Shown piece by piece: positions 50,532-62,366 of a stretch of DNA of 64,000 nucleotides. The stretch lies in NCBI GenBank assembly GCA_010015585.1, contig ML975155.1; one strand, written 5' to 3'. Numbering within the stretch: position 1 is the stretch's first letter; each line of letters opens with the position of its first letter. The translations under genes and the position numbers were made by a program. Source of the stretch: Eremomyces bilateralis CBS 781.70. Taxonomy: Eukaryota. The notes under the pieces were generated by a model that saw only the letters and a list, made by a program, of their open reading frames with translations, did no database searches and was not told where the DNA came from.

Positions 50532-51987
50532 ATGGATGAGATGTCGATGACTCCCTCCGCTGGTACAACGGTCGCTGGCCCAAATGCTTCCTCCGAAGAC
50601 ACGCGACACACCGAGCAAAGACGCCTGTTTCAACAAGCTACGGAGAAGGTGATGGGCCGTCCAGGGTACTATACTGATGTAACAGTACTCATGTTCAAAT
50701 GGACAAAAGAGTTGGAGCAGAGAGGAGGTCTCAACGAAGGAGACTATGTACAGTTTCCCTTTCCTAGCAGTATCGTTTGAATAGTTTGAGCCTAACATTT
50801 TATAGGTACAGAAGCTATCGGAGGTCTTCGCTGATGATTTCCGTTTCGAAACCAAAATCATTCAACTTGAAGAGAGCGAAGAGTGGGTGCCCACGAAGAG
50901 GGTCATCGATGCAATCAACATCATCAAAGGAGATACGCAGAATACGCTTATCATCATCTATTATAACGGACATGGAAAGCTTGATCTTGAGACCAAGCAG
51001 CTGAAGTGGCATGCAACGAATCATTTAGACAAACCAGGAAGCGAGCACCATTCATCTGTATACTGGCAGAAGATCGAGAATTATCTGAACGACAACGTAT
51101 TCGTAGACGTCCTTGCCATCCTCGACACATGCTATGCTGGCAATATTGGGCACAAGGACATAGGCGGGAGCGATGATCGGAATTACCAGCTTCTCACTGC
51201 TGGAGCGTTTGATAAGAGAGCGGAATCGGGCGAACAATCTTTTACGAACGCCCTTGTTGAATGTCTTCAGATCCTCCACCGCAAACACAAAGGGCGTCCT
51301 TTCGAGCTTGTGGACCTGCAGGAAGAGATTACGCACCATGAGCATCGAAAAAAGAACCCTCCTTCTCTCTTAAACCGTAGAAGGAAATATGAACGTCCCA
51401 TCAAACTCGCGCCGTTACACAAACCCGATGGGAACCCAGCAAAGGAGAACCAAGTCGCCCCGCCCTGTGTTGCGTACCTACATCTCCGCTTACCATTAAC
51501 TGATCACGAACTTGACAACCACGCTATTGAGAAACTTGGAAGAAAACTTGGCCATGCCATAAAGGAGACCCAGCTCCCCATTTCGAGAGTCGAGTGGGAA
51601 GGCATCAAGCCAATGGTTCGCCAACGACAGCTCCAATCACTGAAGGACGTGGTGAGCGTTGCATACTTTATGCACAACAGGCTAAGAAGAGGTGGTGCAA
51701 TATACACGAAGTCTCACCAGGGTGTCTCACCGGTCTCGCTGGTCCTCGATGAAAGCATCCATGGAACGGTGAACGATCCGGCAGAAGTGGAGAAAGATGG
51801 TACCACAATGAGAGGCGACGTGCTGGGCAAGAGATGCAGAGATGAGCCGCTGGAGAAGCTGAATGACAAAGTTGCAGAATCAACCCCGCTAAAAAAATCA
51901 CGAAGAGTTTTAGGGGCTGGCGACAGGGTACAAGCCCTTAACGAAGAAGGCTCTTCGCTCACTCCTCCCGTGACGGACGGAGAGTAG
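50532..51987 (+). CDS. Caspase-fold (peptidase C14-like) protein, 465 aa, not the Mca1 metacaspase (exons 50532-50747, 50806-51987)
   Basis: YTDVTVLMFKW, LSEVFADDFRFET, LIIIYYNGHG (catalytic His), DVLAILDTCYAG (catalytic Cys), LLTAG, SFTNALV. The 58-nt phase-0 intron has a CTAAC branch point. Confidence 0.82.
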
Positions 51988-52441
51988 GAGTGACTGCAGA
52001 GCTGGCCGGTTGCATTTCCAATGGCCGAGTGGATGCGAGCTGTGTTGTCTCCCCTCGGCATTCTGGATTTATAATCATCTACTGGTATTCAGGCAGCGAA
52101 TGGATTCTGTCTAGAATGACGTGGAGTGTCTGGAGTTGCTTTAGAATACACCACTAGGCTAATGGTTGAAGGGGGTCACGATCAGGGCGCTTTGTGACGT
52201 TTTTCTCTACGCATTATGTGGGACTTTAAGCCTAACATGGTATTATTGGGTTTTAATATTGGTTGTTCTATCGTTGGCTCGCACCAGTTACCGGAATCCA
52301 TTAGACTTTGTACAAGCCTTGACACGGTCTGGATGCGCAAGATCTGCGATTACCAAGTTCCATTAATCTAAACTGAAGAGAGAGAAGGAAGAAATCTCCC
52401 AGCGTCTTTGTGCGCGAGATATAAACTCTTCTCTCTGCTAT

Positions 52442-52497
52442 CCTAACACAGCCCAACACAGCTCCTTAACACAGCTCCGTCCTAACACATAGCTCCC
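52442..52497 (+). repeat. Short degenerate tandem repeat (AACACAGC core, 4 copies) downstream of URA9
   Basis: cctaacacagcccaacacagctccttaacacagctccgtcctaacacatagctcc. Confidence 0.6.
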
Positions 52498-52609
52498 ATA
52501 TGACTATCTCCTTGATAATCCTCCATGCCATCCACTAGCCACATCCTTGTGGCGTCAGCCATACTCAAGGGCCCAGGCCACAGGCCCGGGACCATAACAA
52601 GCCTCACTT

Positions 52610-54172
52610 TTATGAGCTCAATTGTTTTGTACCATACATAGCATCCTCCATTTCCCGCTTCACAGTCGTGATATGGCCGACTCCGTTGTAGGATAGCGCG
52701 GTGTACATCATCGCAAGACTTGCGCCAGCGTTCAAGACTGCAAGTGCCTGCTCCCCAGTGGATATGCCCCCACTAGCAAATATTGTCTTTGGCGGCAGGT
52801 CGTATGGATTTGTCAGTTCGGGCGGTCTGGATAAAGGCATCTGAAAATTTCCTTGTGTGTTTTCTGTCGTTTCAGTGGTCGCTTGCTCCGAATGTAGCCC
52901 TTCGCTCCTTGTTTTGTTAGACAACCTGACGGGAGCGAAGTCCAGCTCACGACGATAAGTTTTGACAAGACTGAGTGTCTGATCAAACGTTCGAGGTCCT
53001 GAATAACCACCTTGCTCGTCCATGGTCGCGAATTCTTTTGGGGGGATTGTAAACTTCGGCGCTGGACGGGACCTGGTGGTGTTCCCAACAATGATTCCGT
53101 CCACACCAGCCTGTGTCACCGCCTCGCAAATTCCCCGGATTTGCTCCAAATCATCTTCGTCCGGGGAGATCTTAACCATGATTTTCGGAGGTGATTTGCG
53201 TCGGGTATTCGACGCGGCATCAACTACTGCTGCGAGGATCCGAGTCAACGGCTCCACGCGTTGTAGGTCTCTCAAACCGGGGGTATTCGGCGATGAAACA
53301 TTCACCACCAACACGTCTGCGTACTTCCCCAGCTTCTCAACGCAAGTCGAGTAATCTCTTGCCACTGCAGTCAGATCACCATCTGGTGTGTTTTTGTTCT
53401 TCGCTATTTGAACCGCGAGTAGGCAACCTCGCGTCAAACTCCCAGGTGGGACACCGGCCGCTCCATCTAGTACTGCCTGCTCCGCATCATCGCCAATCCC
53501 AAGCCCGTGGCGGTAGGCAAATTCTCGCACACGGGTTCTCAGTCGTGCGGCAACTGCGTCTGCGCCTTCGGAGTTCAAGCCGTATCTGTTGATCAGCGCT
53601 TGCTGTTCCTTCAGGCGGAATACCCGGGGACGAGGGTTTCCAGGCTGTGGGAGCGGCGTGATCCCACCGACCTCAACGACTCCAGCACCGAGTGCGAAAA
53701 GAGCATCCGGGATTACGGCGTTCTTGTCAAGACCACCTGAGACTCCCAGTGGACTGCTGAGCTCGGTATCGAAAACATTGACCGACAAGGTAGGTGTCGT
53801 AGCATTTGCGGATGAGAGTCTCAGACGCTCCCGCGGATGCAAGCCGAGTTGATAGAGGATTTGAAGGGCTTTCACACCGGCATGGTGGGCGTCTTCGGCG
53901 TCGGGAAATATTGTACGCACGGCGGGCACAACCACGTAGCGATGGATGCTAGCGCGCGTATCTGTGGCATAAATGTATACTGCGCCGGTGGAAAGCAGTA
54001 ACGCAGCGCTGTAAAAAAAGTTGCGGATTCGGTTGGTCTTAGGGGGGGTTGGTGTGCTCAATGTACTGTTGAATCGCGGTGATCGCCGGCTCGTTCGATG
54101 AATGTGACCGATAGGAATGGAATTGAATGGCTTGAAAGCCGAAGCACTAGAGCGGTACACTCCAACCGGCAT
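52610..54172 (-). CDS. URA9: Mitochondrial class 2 dihydroorotate dehydrogenase (quinone)
   Basis: Presequence plus TM, AEDAH, GGLDKNA, PQPGNPRPRVFRL, INRYGLNS, NVSSPNTPGLR, KISPD, GGYSG, SGGI. Confidence 0.95.
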   Translation of the reverse strand: MPVGVYRSSASAFKPFNSIPIGHIHRTSRRSPRFNSTLSTPTPPKTNRIRNFFYSAALLLSTGAVYIYATDTRASIHRYVVVPAVRTIFPDAEDAHHAGVKALQILYQLGLHPRERLRLSSANATTPTLSVNVFDTELSSPLGVSGGLDKNAVIPDALFALGAGVVEVGGITPLPQPGNPRPRVFRLKEQQALINRYGLNSEGADAVAARLRTRVREFAYRHGLGIGDDAEQAVLDGAAGVPPGSLTRGCLLAVQIAKNKNTPDGDLTAVARDYSTCVEKLGKYADVLVVNVSSPNTPGLRDLQRVEPLTRILAAVVDAASNTRRKSPPKIMVKISPDEDDLEQIRGICEAVTQAGVDGIIVGNTTRSRPAPKFTIPPKEFATMDEQGGYSGPRTFDQTLSLVKTYRRELDFAPVRLSNKTRSEGLHSEQATTETTENTQGNFQMPLSRPPELTNPYDLPPKTIFASGGISTGEQALAVLNAGASLAMMYTALSYNGVGHITTVKREMEDAMYGTKQLSS

Positions 54173-56163
54173 ATTGGGACTCTTGTATTGCAATGTTTCC
54201 CTAAGACGGAGTTTAACGAAAACACACCCTCCTTGGCCTCCTTTAGATCATCTATACACCACCTGTGTCAGTTCTTGGTTCTTGGATATTTCATGATTCC
54301 GTGCAGAAAATTACAGCAGAATGGGGCGTTGAACTAGACAACGAAGACAACTTGGAGTGATGAGCTGACGTTGAGAAGCACGTGATGGGAAAGTCCCGAA
54401 GTCATCCCGTAGTTATTATGTCGCGTCCATTCGAAATCGCGCCTCAACTTCCAACAACGCCCAGTCCAAGGAAGAATTAATGAACTTGGACAATGATATC
54501 ATGTTTTCCAGTACACAAGTTGAGAGTTGAGAGGCGTGTGAGTGTGCTGAGTGTGTTGCATCTGCTGACAGCTCCGACACCTGAACCAACCGATCTCACC
54601 GGCCGCAGCAGAAGCACCGCGTCAAAGCCTTATGGACTGCATTCAACTCGAATTCCGGTATAGCTACCTATCGCCGTCAGTTCTTCACATGGATACAATT
54701 TTCATCTCGGAAATTCCTTCAAGCCCCTCAAGCTAGTTTGCCGCAATGCTACCATGCATCTTGTTCAAAAAGGTCGACTGCATGATGCACAAGCTGCCCA
54801 AACTTACACAACCAAGCCGAATACAACCTTCCCAAGCCTCTACTCTCTAGTCCATCATGACGCAGCCCATCGCACTTAGATGGTTTATCTTTCTATTCAG
54901 TTGTTCTCGTACTCTGTCATGCATCAACACTGTCTGCAACCCGTCGATTTTTATTTCTTTGACGTCTTTTATTCTCTTCACCCTCTACTCAAACCATAGC
55001 TGGCAACAGTAACTTGAGCAGGGCGTTCTGCCAAAATCTTCCAGGAGGAAGGGGTTTGACAAGATGGATCGTTCCATGTCTCGCCCATATGGTACGAAAT
55101 CTAGGAAGCCTGTCCGCTCTGCTAGAGCCACGATTTGTAGGAAGAGCTGTGAGTTGTAACGCCACTTTACAAATAGAAGCGTGCCACTATCGACATGTTT
55201 CCCCCCGAAATCCTAGCATCTAGTTCGTGAGATGGAGTGAAGCTAGTTTGCTATCAGATGCACGTGTCATCTCACTGCTGAACACCAGCGTCCACCTAAA
55301 ATGACCAAAGTATGGTTCGATTCGCAGCGGAAGCCTCTAACAAGGCCTCCCAAGCCAGGCACAGCATCGGAGCCGGACAGGAACGTTCCGGTGTGCCGAT
55401 TTTGGCCGACAAGCCAAGCACTGTATCTGGGGTTGACATTGCCCCCGCGACACCTCATTCAGTGACATGTCTGGGACATTGTGGTCCCCTGCCAACATAG
55501 CCAGGTCTAGAATTTTGGGGACCCGACGGGGAGTGAGCGTGCCACTGCAGTGTGACGGGCGCTGACTGATGTGCATAGGGCTGAAGCATTGTCTCTTCGA
55601 CTTACTTGCGTTGTTGAGTCTGCTGTGGCACCCAAAGTATCAGTGATTGGGGCATCGGTTCTTACGAAGACTGTTTCACCAGCTCTAGTCCATCGATTGG
55701 CTACAAGATGGCCGACACAATAGCCTAGGCGAAGACGAATTGTATCTAGAGATCCACATGCACAAGTTGGCGTGCATAAACGAATTTTGAATCTATCTGA
55801 TCATTATCCGGTACTAGCCACACTAGTGCCACTAGGGGCAGAACCTGAAGCTCTCATGGCTGATTGCTCACCAATTGTCCCAACCCAAAACGACTGTACA
55901 AAATGGCTAACTAGGCATCCGCATCATCTGGAAATTTCCATCACAGGCTCAACATTGCAGTCAGCAACAGAAACAAATGAGGATACATAGCAAGAGTTAT
56001 CAAAACACCCCCAGAGATCCTATCATCGCAGAGAACGCCGCCTTTTTGTTGAATCCGACTATGGGATTGACCAGTCCTCCCGTCAACACCACCAATGCAA
56101 TTACGTCAAGTCGTTCACTGAGCGCCATTCAACAGACCACCGTCAACAGTCAGTCAATTTCGC

Positions 56164-56918
56164 TCACTCGGACTGCTGCTTCGCAGCTCCCGTTGCACTA
56201 GACTTCTTCACTTCCCCGTGCAAAATACCGAGTAACCTTCTTAGTCGATCGGCATTACTCGGCGGGTGATCTTCTGTGTCGTCCTTGGTGAGCACTTCAA
56301 TAGTCCGGCGAAGCTTCTCGTACGCAGCGCTTAATTCAGCGTGGTCTGACTCTAGCGTATTGTATTGCTCTGTCAGGGCGGCCAGTTGACCTTCGAGGTC
56401 GCGAGCATGCTTTTCTTTTCGCTCGCGGAAGGCACGCTGTGCAGCACGATTTTGAGCTCGTCGTCGCTGATTCCTCAGGTAAGCTTTTGGTTCCATAGAG
56501 GAGAAGAACTGCTTCAGTAACAAAAAGGGGGACTTACTCCGCTTGTCGCATGAGACTTTCCGGTTTGGGGACTATAAGCTGACTCGATGATAGGCATCCT
56601 TGGACTGCATTGGTAGGAACTCTCATCTGCCGAGCTCATTTCGCTGGGTGTCACGCCGACGCCGTAATTGAAACTGGCTAGCTCGTCGACAACAGGGCCG
56701 AAAGGAGGCACTGTGTACATGGGTAGAGCAGGGTCAAACTGAAAATGCGTCTTGTCAGTATGCGGTCAAGCATCATTATCCTCATCTGGAAGTCTTACTG
56801 AAGCTGGGTAGGACATGCGTGGGGCATATGAAACATAATCCTGAGGACTGTTCACAGGTGTCGAACCAGCTGTATACGCGCCTTGGGAAATCCAATAGTC
56901 ATATGATTGGGATTCCAT
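56164..56918 (-). CDS. AP-1-like bZIP transcription factor, 3 exons
   Basis: Basic region RRRAQNRAAQRAFRERKEKH plus a leucine zipper. Upstream exons start at ATG 56918 (MESQSYDYW) and use GTAAGA/GTAAGT donors. Confidence 0.85.
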
Positions 56919-59900
56919 AGCGTTTGAAATAGAAAGTAGGCGAATTGGGATGTCTCTTCTGAGAATTTTCTGCTAGAGCGAGGATTTGCGCGGTACACGG
57001 TCACTGCTTCGCGAGTGTATGGCGAGGTCGTCTTTACTAAAGTCGATGTGCGAACAAGCTTCAGTTAAGCAAATGCCAAGTCAAGTTGATGTTCAAAGGA
57101 GTTGGTTGTCAGGTGGAACAACTATCAAGAAACTGCGGATATCAAGTTTGAAGAGGGAGAAAAAGGATGATCGACCTTGGGGTGTGGTCGAACTTATAGC
57201 TCCGGCTGTCCTTTTCCGTCCTCATCTGCCTCTGGATCACTCGTGATTAGGATGATGGTGCATTGCATTAGCCGCAGATACAGCTTAAAGGCAGGGAGTC
57301 TTTCATAAATTGGGATTGGTAACGGCCATGCACAGCAACTAAGGTAGCCTACCCGAGCTCGACAACGGTCTCCTCGAGCATGATTACGTCGGTCACGTAT
57401 TGAACATCTGGCATGCAGACTACAGGAAGTCGAGCATGGATTTGCCTCTTCCCTGCATTCTGGGACCAATGGATCGCCTATCAGCAAGTACAGGTATTAG
57501 CAGGGTTCAGCCCTGATTCAAGTTCCGCAGCGGAGCAAGAGATCGAAATGGCACTACCAAACGTGTTAAGATCGAAGACCACGTTGGGATCCAACTCCTA
57601 GACCTGAGTAATGGAGAGAAGCCACAGGTGGATTGGCGGAGGCAACTGCTCCAATATTTCTAAATAAGGATTCGTTTGGTAAATCTTTTACCAATGTGGG
57701 CATTATAGGCACAGTCTGAGGTATTCCAATTCCATCAGATCCCCTGCTTGACCACAGAATGTTTCCTACCGAACGGAACCGGCATTTACCATGGATTAGT
57801 CGCTTCAGACGGTGAGAGCTGCATACCCAAGTCTCAAAGGTATAGTTTATCATATTTTCTCCGCTCACAAAGGACAAATGCCTCCTAAATGCACTCTACA
57901 GCCACGACATGGGACCTAGATACCTCATAAGTCATACCACTAACCACACCACGTCCCACCGACTAAGGTGCGATCTCCGTCCATTTCCTACCCTGGTACT
58001 GGAACGCCCTACGGCCTACATGCATCCCCCAGCCTTCCAGGTGCATCTTGCAAGCGTCCCCCAGCTACCGATAGGCTTTTGGGGTTCTCTCTTGCAGTAA
58101 GGCTGGTTGATGACTCCGCGAACGATGCCAGCCGGCACTCTAAGTGCCGTCTGGATATTTTCTATGACATCCTAGATATGCAGGAAACGATGGCGCGAGC
58201 AAGAGTTTAGCCGGAATTGTTATTGAAGAGTGGTATGTTTCACTAGACGGCTAGTTATTAACAACGTCCACAGAAACAGAACAACCAACAGGATACGAAG
58301 TGCTCCTATAATTCAGGTACGAGACTCCATCGCATCGGTACCTTAGCGCTCAAGGCTTTGGCACGCCACTCCCGATATGTCTGTGGGACAACTCTCTCAC
58401 AAGCTACTATGAATAGCCTATTGAGGATGTCGGTTTAGGTACTAGTACGGAATACTTCCGTATTTCAGCGCCACAGTGAATTGAAATTACCACCTCCTAG
58501 ACCGCAAAATATTGTATACTTACCAGGTGAAAGGTCTCTGGTTCAGCGATTTTCCCGGCGCATCTTAGTTCTTCAATAATCCATCAATCGCCCTTCGACA
58601 CGACTACTTGGAAGTTGGATGACTACTCGGAGCGAGCCACAAGCTCAAAGGTGGCAGGGGGGCAGAAGGGAAAGACTAGCCTAATTGGGGTATTGATAAT
58701 TGCGGCACTTCATCCCGGACGGGAAGGACGATTTGCGAACACCACGCACCAAACCGGAGGACATGAGCTCTCTCCCCCGTAGGGCCCCATGATCACGAGG
58801 TCAGCAGAAGCACGAGCAGGGATTGCATTGCCCTACTCAGTACTCCAGGCAGGTTTGTCGTGCGGTAGTTCCCACGCCTGAGACTACATACGTCCGGAAC
58901 TCCGGGTTTTCGAGAAGGATTCTAGCGTGTTGGCGTGCATGGTGGTCGTTAGGGCGGAAGGTTTTGACGCGATTGATATGATAGATTGCGAAGAAGGCGA
59001 TCTGTTGTACGGAATACACACTAGGACATCCGTTCGGGCGACTATCATGCTATGTGCAAGAAGGAGGTGAAGTTATAGTATAACTAACGCTGTCCTCATT
59101 CGGATGTTCCCACATGTAATGGATTATGTTAGCTCCTTGCTGCTGCCATTGAATTTCCTCCAGCGGCCCTGTTGGGCGAGAATTCGGTATCACAGTCCTT
59201 ATTCCTGATAAATGCGAAGTGGCAAGGCAACAGCACCCAGACCTCAAAAATGAGCGAAACTCGGGACTCCATCCGCCGGGATCCTTAATCGCTACACGAT
59301 TATGCCTCAAGTTCCTAGTAATCGGTCCACATCAGGCATCGCGCCGAGTTACATCCCATTTCTCATTTCTAATAAGTAATATCGCATTCTAGCAAAGCAA
59401 ATCACCCAAATCGCATCACAAACCACAGTTTCGACTATTCCTGCCCTCAACTTGAATTAAAACAGGGTCTTCGCGATCTAGAATTTCTCAGGCAGTTCTG
59501 GCCATCGGGGGCCCCTTAATCGCGCCGATCGGCCCCTGCCGAACGCCCGAACCCCTTGGATTTAAAGGGATAAAGGCGGGGGTGTCCACGACGAGGGAGC
59601 TTTGAAATCTTCAGATTTCAGATGCAATTCATTGTTTCAATTATGAAACTGCTCCGGTAATAACGGGGACATCATCCTTATTAATGCGCCTAACTCGCCT
59701 TCTAAACCATAAATATCATTAGGCAAACCAAGTGGGTTCGCAAAGTGAGATCAATTCAAAGCATGTATCCATCCACCAGTCAACATTGAGTTGTGTCGCG
59801 TTCATCTCCTATCTAATTCCTATGCAGTGCTCTAGGGTTCATTCTGGCGACCGTCCAGGTGATACGATTTAGCTTAAACTCCCATACTAGTCGTCGAAAA

Positions 59901-62366
59901 AATGTGCCTTATTAGCAGCATCGGAAGGGAAATGATGCCGCGGTGGGTGTCTCCAAAGGTTCACTTTCTGGGAAACAAACGATGCCGCCCCAAAGCGGCA
60001 CTTGCCACTAATTGTCCAGGGGGTTTCGACTTATTCGCATGAAGGAATTATCATTCCAGAGACATGGCAATTACGACACTCCTAATCAGGTTGCAGCTTC
60101 GAAGGATCGCGGTGTGAACCAGGGACACTGTCTGGGCAGAGGAGGGATGTGCGGGTTGTTTGCCGACCGATGCCGTTCTTCCTTTGCCCTATTACAATTA
60201 CACGATGCCTTCACAAGTATGCAAGCCCTGGCTTGCCTCCTCCATTCATCACCGGAGTCAATGCCGCCGTGAGTACTCCGCGCGCGTCATGGGCTCATTT
60301 CTTCATGATAATCTGTACGATTTGTGCGTAAGTACGGAGGTCCATTTCAAAAGTTATTGCTCGCCAAGAAAGGGGCTTGATTATATAAGCCGTTCGAAAG
60401 CCGATAGCACGGGCAGTAGGGTGTCTAGCCAACGGGCGGGTACTACGCGCGGTAAATCGAATGCCCGGCGCCCTTGCCTCGAATTAGGCTCTATAAGACT
60501 TAAAATAAATGCCCAGTTGATAGGCAGTCCAGTGCCCGTGGCATAGGCTCTCGAAACTGCTTATATAATCACGCCACTTCCCTGGCGAGCAATAGCTTTT
60601 GAAATAGACCTCCGTACCTAGGTACCTATTCCTACACGTTTTATAATAGAAGCAACAGCCCAAGAAAAGACACGAACGATGTACCGCTGTCAGATTTCAG
60701 CCGTCAATAGTTCATGATGGCAAGGTATTTCCATTAACTCGACTGAAACGCGATTGGTTGAGTTGGGGATGATCTTCCCTCAACTCACAAAGCCAGTCTC
60801 GTATCAACCAAATCCTAAAACATCCTGGAGCTATTATTAACCCCAGCTCAGGTAATTAGAGAATTTGAGCAGGTTGAATATGGGGTTTAGCGATCTAGAT
60901 CAACTCCGGTTAGACGTCCGGATTACCCGGAGTGGATTGTACAATAATGCGGGACCTAACCGTTAGAAGAGCGTGCCAACTTAGCCTTCCTCCCGACATG
61001 CGCTAATCCTGATCAGTGCAGTGTTAGTACTTTGTGCATGCAGGATGAAGCTTGGACGACGAGAACAGCATGCGGCTCGGCAAGTTCAACGACAGTCGAT
61101 AGGAAACAATGCCCCACTTCGGCATTTGAACGTCACCGACACTGGCGTGATAGGATTGGAGCACCACAGGAACACAACAGGAGCAATTCCATACTACCAT
61201 GGAGGGCGGAGGCACCTGGGTACGCATGCAGTTCATCCTGCAACAATCAGACCACTCCCAAGTCCACGAGCGTCTCGGCTTTATCTCGCCAAGGTTTGTA
61301 AGGCTGAACGTAGGTTAGTTAGCGGGGATTGGAAATTGAGAATCGTAGTCCCTGTAGGGCGATACACAGCTGCCACTGAAACGACTGAGATTGCTTGAGT
61401 ACCTCCCTATCAAAAGATAGCTCTCTGAAGATGCAGTGTTGTTATCTGTTCTTCCTAGAGTACTTGCAGCTCGTCCTTGTCAGTACCCGCAGTCACGCGG
61501 TTATAGATCTATGAAAACTTTCCATGTACGAATATTAGTAATTTAAGTACATGAAGTCTGCAGTCGATATCGCCCTGTTTATCAAAGTCTGATTATGGTC
61601 AACCAGAGATCAAAAGGACAACATTACCCACCGGCTATATGCAATCGCGAAAGTGCTTCCTCAGAGATATTGCTCATGGACTTATCTCAAGGCCCTGCCA
61701 TACCCATGAGCTAGACTTTCCTTGAGATTTGCACGGATCAAGGGTTCTTGTGACGAGTTCCTTGTTACTACCATATGGTTCGATTAGTGTTGAACGACTT
61801 TGTTAGAGCTACTAAGTCGACACCATCACCGCTTCGCTTTGGGATTGCTTGTTCTCTATAGGCGGCCGATGATTACAATCGATGACAGCTTGCTGTAGAG
61901 AAACCGCTATGTATGATTGGATTGACCGCATAATTCATCCAACGCCGATACGGAAAGCCCGCAGAGCCGGGAAATTGTTAGTAACAGTGCCAAACAAAAA
62001 AGACGGGATAAAACAGGTTAATGCAAAGGCAGATATGAGACATCTGAGTCTCTAATGATCTGCACAGGGAGTTCAAATATCGTTTGATGCCGGACGATAG
62101 ACTCGTTTTCCATGGTTCAACCCGTAAGTCATGGAGGAGCTCGAATCACACAAGAATTCATGGAAATTTTAATCGTAAAATGCCTAGTTGAAAGCATAAC
62201 CTTGACTGACGTACCCATGTTCGATATCCATCCCCTGCAGACCCATGGATGTCCTTTCCTGCTCTCTTCTAGACTTCGTGCTATGTCATCGAGCATTGAA
62301 ATCATGCGGACAGCCGACATTTAGGCGCAATGAAGACGCCACGTCCCGGCATGTCTTCTTCGTACC

